Assembly (NCBI GenBank): GCA_037446635.1
Contig: JBBIIG010000040.1
Location: 1-16,554, forward strand
DNA from: a bacterium
Lineage (GTDB): Bacteria > Zhuqueibacterota > Zhuqueibacteria > Oceanimicrobiales > Oceanimicrobiaceae
Length of the DNA stretch: 16,554 nucleotides
Direction: 5' to 3'
Under the pieces are notes generated by a model. That model was not told the origin of the DNA. It did no database searches and saw nothing but the letters and a program-made list of their open reading frames with translations. Positions 8,156 through 15,218 of the stretch are shown here, in pieces; within the stretch, counting starts at the first letter, position 1; each line of letters starts with the position of its first letter. A program made the translations under genes and the position numbers.

Positions 8156-8976
8156 TAAATCGTTCCCAATAAATACATATCTCCCTCCGGCGCGGGCGCA
8201 CCGCCTTTCTTCTCCAACGTAACCGCAAAGGCGTTCACCTCCGGGCCCACCCCGATCTCAAAAGTGGTTACGCCTGTTCCTTCTTCATCAATTGCAAACA
8301 CGCCGGCGTCAACCGGTTGGCCGCCGCGAATGATCCACAGTTGATAATCTTTATCGGCGGCGGGCGCGGGCAAGTTGCGGGCGATGAATACGGCTTTGTT
8401 CTCGCTCGTGCTCCAAAAAACCCGTCCCTCCGCGGCCAGCGCCGGCTCACGGCCGCGCAGCTCGACCAACCGAATTTGCGGGGATTGCATGACGTTGAGG
8501 ATACGCTCTTTTTCATGCAACTGCTGTTGCAGCTCGTTCACTAATTGCGCCTGGAGCTGCGCTTGTGTTCGCAGGGCGGCAAGCTCGTTTTTCAATTGCG
8601 CGATTTCGCGGGTGAATAGGAAAATCAAAATGACGGCGGCCAGCGCCAGCGCGCCGATCACGCAGATCCACAACCGCCGTGATTTTTCCAGTGCACGCAC
8701 CGCCGCGGCTTCTAAATCCTCTTTGATGACTCGCACCACCGAAGGACTTTTTTCACTTTGAACCTGCGCCAGAATGCGATTCTTCAAATACACCGGCGGC
8801 GCTTTTTCTTCGACGGTGGAAGCTAAATGTGCAGCGACACCCGACATTTCCGCCATCGCGGTTTGGCATGCCGGGCAGCCTTTTTTCAGGTGGGTTTCCA
8901 ACATAACTTTTTCGGCTTCGTCGAGCGCGCCCAAACAATAGGCCGGGATCAAATTTTTCAGATCGCTGTGTTCCAT
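8155..8976 (-). CDS. rskA: Membrane-anchored anti-sigma K factor (RskA family)
   Basis: 'AYCLGALD..HLKKGCPAC..APP..LKNRIL', one TM helix (LWICVIGALALAAVILIFLF), a coiled coil, then RskA C-terminal motifs 'LPAP..DKDYQLW', 'AGVF' and 'FAVTLE..GG..AP'. Confidence 0.9.
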   Translation of the reverse strand: MEHSDLKNLIPAYCLGALDEAEKVMLETHLKKGCPACQTAMAEMSGVAAHLASTVEEKAPPVYLKNRILAQVQSEKSPSVVRVIKEDLEAAAVRALEKSRRLWICVIGALALAAVILIFLFTREIAQLKNELAALRTQAQLQAQLVNELQQQLHEKERILNVMQSPQIRLVELRGREPALAAEGRVFWSTSENKAVFIARNLPAPAADKDYQLWIIRGGQPVDAGVFAIDEEGTGVTTFEIGVGPEVNAFAVTLEKKGGAPAPEGDMYLLGTI

Positions 8977-8983
8977 TGGCCGG

Positions 8984-9568
8984 TCAACTCATGTCTTTCA
9001 ATAAATCGGATAACTTCTGCATGCCGAGGCGGATTCGGGTTTTGATGGTGCCCAGCGGGAGCTGCAATTTTTCCGCGATTTCCGTTTGCGATAATCCGCC
9101 GAAGAAGGCCAATTCGATGGGCGTTCTTTGCTCGTTCGGCAGCGCGTCCAGCGCGGCGGCGATGCGGGTGAATGTTTCTTTTGAATGTACGATTGCAAAC
9201 GGGGATTCAGATTCATCAACGGAGGGGAGGGCGAGAGCCTGGTCGCTGATGGCCGCGGAACGGCTCTGGCGTTTTTCACGGGCGCGCAGTTTGTCGATGG
9301 CGCGGTTGCGGCAGAGGATCATCATCCACGCCAGCGGCTGGCCGCGGCGCGCTTCAAATTTTTCGGCGTTTTGCCAGAGGTACAAAAAAAGATCTTGCAG
9401 AACGTCCTCGGCCAGCGCTGGATCTTTCAAAATTTTTAGCGCCAGCCCGTACAGGCGGGCGGCGTGGCGATCGTAAAGCGCTGAAAGCGCCTCCGCTTGT
9501 TTCTTCGCCATTTCAGCGAACAAAGCGCCGTCCGACTTGACAGCGATCTCTTCTTGTGTTTTCCCCAT
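8984..9568 (-). CDS. ECF RNA polymerase sigma factor, SigK-like
   Basis: Region 2 'ALSALYDRHA..LYGLALKIL....AEDVLQDLFLYLWQNA', 'RNRAID'. Region 4 'LAFFGGLSQTEIAEKLQLPLGTIKTRIRLGM'. Adjacent to rskA. The ATG at 9568 gives typical ECF length, whereas the extension to 9706 looks intergenic. Confidence 0.92.
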   Translation of the reverse strand: MGKTQEEIAVKSDGALFAEMAKKQAEALSALYDRHAARLYGLALKILKDPALAEDVLQDLFLYLWQNAEKFEARRGQPLAWMMILCRNRAIDKLRAREKRQSRSAAISDQALALPSVDESESPFAIVHSKETFTRIAAALDALPNEQRTPIELAFFGGLSQTEIAEKLQLPLGTIKTRIRLGMQKLSDLLKDMS

Positions 9569-9713
9569 AAAATTTATTCGTCCTGCGTCGTCGAGATATT
9601 CAGATTCGACGCCGCCCAATCGCTTTGGCAATTTTGGCAATAATGAATGAGGAAATAAACAACGGCAATATGAAAAAAGCAATAGCCATTTTTCATAATT
9701 TTTCATCTACCAT

Positions 9714-9740
9714 AAATCCGCTCTTTCACCTCAATCGTAT
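9714..9740 (+). promoter_or_regulatory. Candidate ECF (SigK-type) promoter driving the globin-DUF4331 cluster
   Basis: AAATCC (9714-9719), 16 nt, CGTAT (9736-9740). This resembles the ATCC-N16/17-CG(T/A)A motif of SigK-like ECF groups and lies about 65 nt before the globin ATG. Confidence 0.6.
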
Positions 9741-9804
9741 TTCAGGTGCATTTTAATTCAGCTCATCTACAAAATTTCCTTTAACCATTTTAAGGAGGAG
9801 CAAC

Positions 9805-10281
9805 ATGTTTAAGAAACATTGTGTGGTGATGTGCGCGCTGCTGCTCGCGATGTTCGGTATGGCGTGGGATGGCGGCGTTGCGCAGGCGCAGGTAAAGACG
9901 GTTAAGCCGCTCTATCAGCGCCTCGGGGGTTACGATGCCATCGCTGCGGTGGTGGATGATTTTGTAGGGCGTCTGGCCAGCGATCCGAAATTCACCCGCT
10001 TTTTCGCCGGCCACAGCCAGGACTCCATCAAGAAAATCCGCCAGCACATCGTTGACCAATTGTGCGAGGCCACCGGCGGACCGTGCTACTACACCGGCCG
10101 CGATATGAAAACCGCCCACGCCGGCCTCGGCATTTCAGAGGAAGATTGGAACGCCTCGGTGGTGCATTTGGTCGCCACCCTCGACAAATTCAACGTGCCG
10201 CAGCAGGAGAAGGATGAAGTCATTGGCGCCATCGCCAGTATGAAAGATCAGATTGTCGAGAAAAGCATGACCACGAAGTAG
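9805..10281 (+). CDS. Group 1 truncated (2/2) hemoglobin with N-terminal signal peptide
   Basis: 'LYQRLGG', CD1 'RFF', 'GGP..YTGRDMKTAH' (proximal His F8) and 'TLDKFNVP'. Signal peptide ending AQA-Q and strong AAGGAGG RBS. Confidence 0.93.
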   Translation: MFKKHCVVMCALLLAMFGMAWDGGVAQAQVKTVKPLYQRLGGYDAIAAVVDDFVGRLASDPKFTRFFAGHSQDSIKKIRQHIVDQLCEATGGPCYYTGRDMKTAHAGLGISEEDWNASVVHLVATLDKFNVPQQEKDEVIGAIASMKDQIVEKSMTTK

Positions 10282-10288
10282 TTCGTGG

Positions 10289-10543
10289 TGTCATTTCGAG
10301 CTTTGAGGAAAGACCGCCTGAAAATGAAATTTTCAGGCTGATAGCCGAAGTCGGCTAAAAGCCGACTATAAATTAGTCTGCTTCAGCAGACTTGTGCTAT
10401 CAGCCAGAAACTTAAGTTTCTGGCGAGTCCTGGCAGCTTCCTAAAAGCGCGCAGCGAGAAATATGGCGAAGCAACTATTTTTAAATGATCAACTTATCCC
10501 AGATTTCTCACCCTAACAAAAGACGTCAGGGTTCGAAATGACA
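10289..10543. mobile_element. Nested non-autonomous palindromic element (MITE/REP-like)
   Basis: Outer inverted repeats TGTCATTTCGA (10289-10299)/TCGAAATGACA (10533-10543). Second IR pair 10300-10310/10438-10448. Inner multi-hairpin cassette 10312-10429. No transposase ORF. Confidence 0.7.
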
Positions 10544-10578
10544 GTCTTGTACTAACAATTCAGTAAGGAGTTATCGCC

Positions 10579-12750
10579 ATGAAGAAGTTAGCCGTTTTTT
10601 CACTTTTCGCTTTTGCGATATTCGCAGCCGTTGTTTTGTTCAACAACCCTGAGTACGGCGACGCCTCCAGCCACCGCGAAGCGCCGCTGATTAGCAACGA
10701 TCCGCTCGCCGATAACACGGACCTCTACGCCTTCCGCGCGCCGGATGATCCGGACTACGTGGTCATCGTTGCCAATTACATCCCGCTGGAACTACCTGAG
10801 GGTGGGCCGAATTATTCCACCTTTGGCGAGAACATCCGCTACGAGATTCATATTAAAAACCAGACCTCGGTGGGTTTTCTTGGTACCGCAAAAGATGACA
10901 TCACCTACCGTTTCAGATTCACGCAAACCAATGAAGAGCCAGCGACATTTTTCAACATCCGTCTCGGAAAACAGAACTTGAAAACCACCTACATCTGCGA
11001 GAAAAGCATCGACGGCGGCGATTCGTTTACGCCAATTGTCAGCGGCGGCGTGGTGCCGCCAAACAACATCGGCCCGCGTTCCATCGAAGGCGGCGCCGGT
11101 TTGGGTACAGACTATTCAACTTTGGTGCAGAACGCCACCACCGGCTCCGGAGAGATTATTTTTTGCGGTCCCCGCGACGATGTGTTTTTCGTCGATCTCG
11201 GCGGCGTGTTCGATCTTGGCCAGACCCGCAGCGCGTTCAACAGCGATCCTACAAATTCCGACAACGCCCGCGACGCCGTAGCTGGCTTCAACACCCATTC
11301 GATCATTATGAAAATTCCCATTTCCGTTCTGCAAAAAGACGGCAAAGGCCCGGATGAAGCCGCCAATATTCTCGATCCCGATTTCGTGATCGGCGTGTGG
11401 GCCTCCGCCAGCCGGCCGCGCATCACCACGCTCTCCCCAATTGGCGAGAAGCCGCAAGTCAGCACCGACTACGTGCAGGTTTCACGTCTCGGTATGCCGC
11501 TTACCAATGAGGCCGTCATTCCCATCGGCCAGAAAGATTATTGGAACGCGGTCACCCCTTACAGCGCCGATGAACAAAATTTTATCGAGTACTTTGCCAA
11601 TCCCGAGTTGGCGCTTTATATGGGCAACGGCCCCTTTGGGACCGCGGTGCCGGCGTTGAGCACGAAGCTGATCATCCCAAAGAATTCCTATCCCGCGGTC
11701 GGCGACCCCGATAACGACGGCAGCGACGGCTTCAATTTCAACAACGGCGCCGACGGCGTGTATGATCTCGCGGAAGCCGGCGTTGACCTCTCGGGAACGG
11801 CGTTTGCCGTACCGCTGGCCGGCGGATTGGCCGGACCCGGCAAACCACGGCTGGTGGACGTTTATCCGGCGTTCTATTTTGGTGTGCCCAACGCTATCCC
11901 TTATCAACTGGTTACCGGCAAGACAAGCGGGCCGTTGAGCGCAGGAAAACCGTTCATCCACAACTTCCTGCCCATCACACAAGGCCCTGAGGGTGAATTT
12001 TATGGCGGCGACATGTTGCGTTTGAACATGGCCACCCCGGTAACCCCCCGCGACAACGACGAATATCGCGTTAATGCGCGCATGGGACTGATACGCGCTG
12101 CGGCCCTCGGCCTCACCGCCTCGCCATACAACACCAGCACCGATCTCGAATTTATCCCCCACATGGATGGCTTCCCCAACGGCCGCCGTTTGGAGGATGA
12201 CGTCACCACCATCGAGCTGCAGGCGGTGGGTGGGCTGGTGCTGGCGGCGGTCGGGTTGCCGTTTGATGACGCCACGGCCGCGGACTATTCCGACTTGCTC
12301 TCCGCTAATCTCGTTTCCGCGCTGACCTACAATGCCGGTCCCACTGCGAACGATCTGCCCATTTTAAATGCGTTTCCATATTTGCCGGATCCGCATCGCG
12401 GGTATGATTACGTCAAGCAATTGACGGCGGCGACGCCGGAAACTCCCACCGGCGTCGGCGGTGGTATCGGCGTGAGTGTGCCCAAGGCGTTTATTATCGA
12501 TCAGAATTTCCCGAATCCGTTCAACCCTTCGACCACCATTCAGTATCATGTCAAAGTGGGCGATCGCGTGAAAATTCGCGTGTTCAACGCGCTGGGCCAG
12601 GAAGTCGATACGCTGCTGGATGAATACCGCGCTCCCGGCACGTACTCGCTAACCTGGGATGCCTCTCGTCTCGCCAGCGGCGCCTATTTCTATCGCCTCG
12701 AAGTTGGCGGCGACGTGCTGCAAGTGAAAAAGGCGATGCTGCTAAAGTAA
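10579..12750 (+). CDS. Secreted DUF4331 protein with C-terminal T9SS type A/FlgD-like sorting domain
   Basis: Signal peptide, then 'ASSHREAPLI..DP.ADNTDLYAF', 'GPRDD.FFVDLG', 'VQVSRLGMPLTNE', 'DMLRLN' and 'DGFPNGRRLEDDV' (DUF4331). C-terminal 'DQNFPNPFNPSTTI.Y...VFNALGQEV..L...WDAS.LASG.YFYRL...KAMLLK' from ~12481. TAAGGAG RBS. Confidence 0.92.
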   Translation: MKKLAVFSLFAFAIFAAVVLFNNPEYGDASSHREAPLISNDPLADNTDLYAFRAPDDPDYVVIVANYIPLELPEGGPNYSTFGENIRYEIHIKNQTSVGFLGTAKDDITYRFRFTQTNEEPATFFNIRLGKQNLKTTYICEKSIDGGDSFTPIVSGGVVPPNNIGPRSIEGGAGLGTDYSTLVQNATTGSGEIIFCGPRDDVFFVDLGGVFDLGQTRSAFNSDPTNSDNARDAVAGFNTHSIIMKIPISVLQKDGKGPDEAANILDPDFVIGVWASASRPRITTLSPIGEKPQVSTDYVQVSRLGMPLTNEAVIPIGQKDYWNAVTPYSADEQNFIEYFANPELALYMGNGPFGTAVPALSTKLIIPKNSYPAVGDPDNDGSDGFNFNNGADGVYDLAEAGVDLSGTAFAVPLAGGLAGPGKPRLVDVYPAFYFGVPNAIPYQLVTGKTSGPLSAGKPFIHNFLPITQGPEGEFYGGDMLRLNMATPVTPRDNDEYRVNARMGLIRAAALGLTASPYNTSTDLEFIPHMDGFPNGRRLEDDVTTIELQAVGGLVLAAVGLPFDDATAADYSDLLSANLVSALTYNAGPTANDLPILNAFPYLPDPHRGYDYVKQLTAATPETPTGVGGGIGVSVPKAFIIDQNFPNPFNPSTTIQYHVKVGDRVKIRVFNALGQEVDTLLDEYRAPGTYSLTWDASRLASGAYFYRLEVGGDVLQVKKAMLLK

Positions 12751-12773
12751 AAGGGAAATGTGTAATGCGTTTC

Positions 12774-12808
12774 TCCGTAGGGGCAATTTCATGAATTGCC
12801 CCTACGGA
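12774..12808. repeat. GTAG-type REP-like palindrome (15-bp stem)
   Basis: TCCGTAGGGGCAATT-TCATG-AATTGCCCCTACGGA, a GTAG...CTAC-bounded hairpin between co-oriented genes. Confidence 0.75.
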
Positions 12809-12827
12809 AATTAATAATGAGGTGTCC

Positions 12828-14150
12828 ATGTCATTCAAAAAACAAAATATTTTTTATGCTCTGATCGCAACGGCGCTATTCACGGTGGCCGTTTATTTCT
12901 ACGCCGAACATCGCCGTGAACAAGCCCGCATTCCGAACATCAGCAAACGCGCTGGCGATCTCGGCCCATCTTCCGAAATTCTGAATTTGAAAAAGGCCGT
13001 CGAATATTATCGCACGGAAATCCGCCTCAATCCGGATGTGATCAAAAATTACGTTGAGCTGGCGCAGTTGTACATTCAGGAAGCGCGCATCACCGGGCGG
13101 CATCACGAGTACATCGCCAAAGCTGATCAGTTATTGGAAGAAGCTCTGCGCCGCAATCCGCAAAATGTCGAAGCGGCGATGACCAAAGCCTCGCTGCTGT
13201 TGACCATGCACCGTTTTCAAGAAGCGAAGAAGTGGGCGGAGTTCGCCGCGCAGCGCAATGCTTATTCCGCCTTCGCGTGGGGCGCGCTGTCCGACGCGGA
13301 AAAGGAACTGGGCAATTACGCCGCGGCGGTGCAGGCCTGCGACAAAATGTTGAGCCTGCGCCCGGATTTGCGATCCTATTCCCGCGCCGCGCATCTGCGG
13401 GAAATCCACGGGGATCTTTTCGGCGCCAAAGCCGCGATGAGACTCGCCTGCGACGCCGGCGTCACCGGGCAGGAGAACCGCGCCTGGGCGCTCTTTCAAT
13501 TCGCCAACCTTTTTTTGAAAGAAGGAAAGCTCGACACTGCTGAATTCATTTACAAAGGCATTTTGGAAGAACGGCCAAACTACTCCCACGCGCTGGCGGG
13601 ATTGGCCGACGTTCATTCCGCAAAGCGCGAATTTGACGCGGCGATTCAACTGCTGCTGCGGGCGTATGAGCTTACCCCCGAACATACTTTTATGGAAAAG
13701 TTGGCGGAGGTTTATCGCGCCGCCGGGCAGATCAAAAAATCTCAGATTCTCGCCGAGTCGGTGCTGGAGGCGTTCAAACAGCACGAAGCGCAGGGCTGGA
13801 ACGTGAATCTTGAATACGCGATGTTTTGTGCCAACCACAATTTGCAATTGGAGGAAGCGCTCCGCCGCATCGAGCGGGAGATGAAAGTCCGCCCGAACAA
13901 TATTGACGTGCAGGAAGCTCATGCCTGGGTTTTACATAAACTTGGCCGCGCCGAGGAAGCGCTGGCTGCCATAGAGAAACCGCTGCAGATGAATCCGGGC
14001 AGCGCGCTGCTTTTGTATCGCGCCGGTTTAATCGCGCAAAAAATGGGTGATTTTGATAAAGCAAAAAATTATATTGAACGCGCGTTGACCATAAACCCCA
14101 TTTTGGCGGTTGAAGAAATGAAATTGGCGCAAAGCGCTTACCACAAATGA
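12828..14150 (+). CDS. Membrane-anchored tetratricopeptide repeat protein
   Basis: N-terminal TM (IFYALIATALFTVAVYFY), many TPR motifs, 'LSLRPDLRSYSRAAHLREIHGD' and 'AWVLHKLGRAEEA'. GAGGTG RBS favours ATG 12828. Confidence 0.88.
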   Translation: MSFKKQNIFYALIATALFTVAVYFYAEHRREQARIPNISKRAGDLGPSSEILNLKKAVEYYRTEIRLNPDVIKNYVELAQLYIQEARITGRHHEYIAKADQLLEEALRRNPQNVEAAMTKASLLLTMHRFQEAKKWAEFAAQRNAYSAFAWGALSDAEKELGNYAAAVQACDKMLSLRPDLRSYSRAAHLREIHGDLFGAKAAMRLACDAGVTGQENRAWALFQFANLFLKEGKLDTAEFIYKGILEERPNYSHALAGLADVHSAKREFDAAIQLLLRAYELTPEHTFMEKLAEVYRAAGQIKKSQILAESVLEAFKQHEAQGWNVNLEYAMFCANHNLQLEEALRRIEREMKVRPNNIDVQEAHAWVLHKLGRAEEALAAIEKPLQMNPGSALLLYRAGLIAQKMGDFDKAKNYIERALTINPILAVEEMKLAQSAYHK

Positions 14151-14599
14151 TCGCTCCAGTTATCCTGTTGGTTCTCATGACGGCGCCCTATTTGGCCGTT
14201 CGCTTCGTGTTTACAAATCGCGGATATGATCTGCGCGGCGCCGCCGCAATTGGGCTCACTCTGTTATTCATTTTTACTGGCATTGGCCATTTCGTTCAAA
14301 CCGAGCCGATGTCGCAGATGCTGCCAGCGTGGGTTCCAGCGCGTGTGCTCATTATCTATTTAACCGGCCTGCTGGAGTTGGCGTTAGCGGCCGGTTTCGC
14401 CCTCCCAAAATTTCGACCTCGGGCCGGCTGGGCCGCGGCGATCATGCTCGTGGCGATTTTCCCGGCGAATATTCACGCAGCGCTCAATCGCGTTCCGATG
14501 GGAGGCCACGAGTGGGGGCCGGCCTATCTTCTCATTCGCGGCCCGCTGCAAGCCATTTTTCTATTTTGGATCTATTGGTTCACCATTCGTAAATCATGA
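14147..14599 (+). CDS. DoxX-like membrane protein
   Basis: 'LFIFTGIGHF....M..MLP.WVP', 'YLTGLLELA', 'IFPANI..A' and 'R.PLQ', with 4-5 hydrophobic segments. ATGA overlap with the TPR stop. Confidence 0.85.
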   Translation: MIAPVILLVLMTAPYLAVRFVFTNRGYDLRGAAAIGLTLLFIFTGIGHFVQTEPMSQMLPAWVPARVLIIYLTGLLELALAAGFALPKFRPRAGWAAAIMLVAIFPANIHAALNRVPMGGHEWGPAYLLIRGPLQAIFLFWIYWFTIRKS

Positions 14600-14994
14600 A
14601 CGTACCTCGCTTCAGATTGCTTATAGTCGATTTCCTTCTGTTTGGCTATTTGTGGTTCGCGTTTGGTGACATCATTGTGACCGCTGCTCACGCCTTTCAT
14701 CATCTCTTGACCCGCAGCATCGCGTTGCATTTTGATCGCCATCATGATTCCCACGGCCACAGCCACGGCGAGATTTTGGATCATGCCCTCGCCCATGTTG
14801 GCAAAGAATCTCGCGATGATGAACCGGCCAGCCCACCAGCGCTGCGGCTGACTCTGGAATGGTTGCACTTGTTTTCCCCCATTCCTTCTTTTGATGGTCC
14901 CCATCTCACCGCTATCCCATTTTGGCCGATGAAATTTTTAACGCCTTCCGAAATTATAACTCAGCCACTTGTCCCGCCTCCTGAAACCGCATAA
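14596..14994 (+). CDS. Small His-rich hypothetical protein with N-terminal hydrophobic segment and Pro-rich C-terminus
   Basis: ATGA overlap with the DoxX stop. Hydrophobic N-terminus, 'HAFHH...HFDRHHDSHGHSHGEILDHALAH', and terminal 'QPLVPPPETA'. Confidence 0.7.
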   Translation: MNVPRFRLLIVDFLLFGYLWFAFGDIIVTAAHAFHHLLTRSIALHFDRHHDSHGHSHGEILDHALAHVGKESRDDEPASPPALRLTLEWLHLFSPIPSFDGPHLTAIPFWPMKFLTPSEIITQPLVPPPETA

Positions 14995-15084
14995 TCAAAA
15001 TTAAAAACTCAAAAATGCAAAGAGCCGGCCGGCAAAATCGAATTGAAAGTAGTGTTTCAATTTGCATTTTGCATTAGGCTTTGG

Positions 15085-15185
15085 ACCCCATCCTAACTTC
15101 CCCTGACAGGGGAAGGGATTTTATCCCCTCTTCTTTCAGGAGAGGGTTTCCGCCAAAGCGGATCCGCTTCGCGGAAGGGTGAGGT
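15085..15185. repeat. Composite REP-like multi-hairpin element upstream of the TonB receptor gene
   Basis: Outer imperfect IR ACCCCATCCT/AGGGTGAGGT. Hairpins CTTCCCCT-GAC-AGGGGAAG (15097-15115) and CCCTCTTCT-TTC-AGGAGAGGG (15126-15146). Internal double hairpin TTCCGC-CAAA-GCGGA-TCCGC-TTC-GCGGAA (15148-15176). Confidence 0.65.
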
Positions 15186-15218
15186 TTTTACCCATCAAAA
15201 TCAATTTCAGGAGGAACC

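Noticed and set aside
9569..9706. N-terminal extension of the sigma factor to 240 aa
   Set aside because: AT-rich, contains regulatory-looking repeats and precedes the conserved ECF core. The ATG at 9568 gives normal length.
10289..10543. CRISPR array, tRNA or autonomous IS
   Set aside because: No repeat-spacer periodicity, no tRNA T-loop/anticodon architecture, and no transposase ORF.
11482..13922. Long minus-strand ORFs (11482..12162, 13131..13922) and similar ones elsewhere
   Set aside because: Antisense shadows of GC-rich, well-supported plus-strand genes.
14995..15218. Cobalamin or other riboswitch upstream of the TonB receptor
   Set aside because: No B12-box or GCCACTG/CCCGCAACTGT-type core seen. 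The hairpins look like REP-type repeats. An Rfam scan would be decisive.
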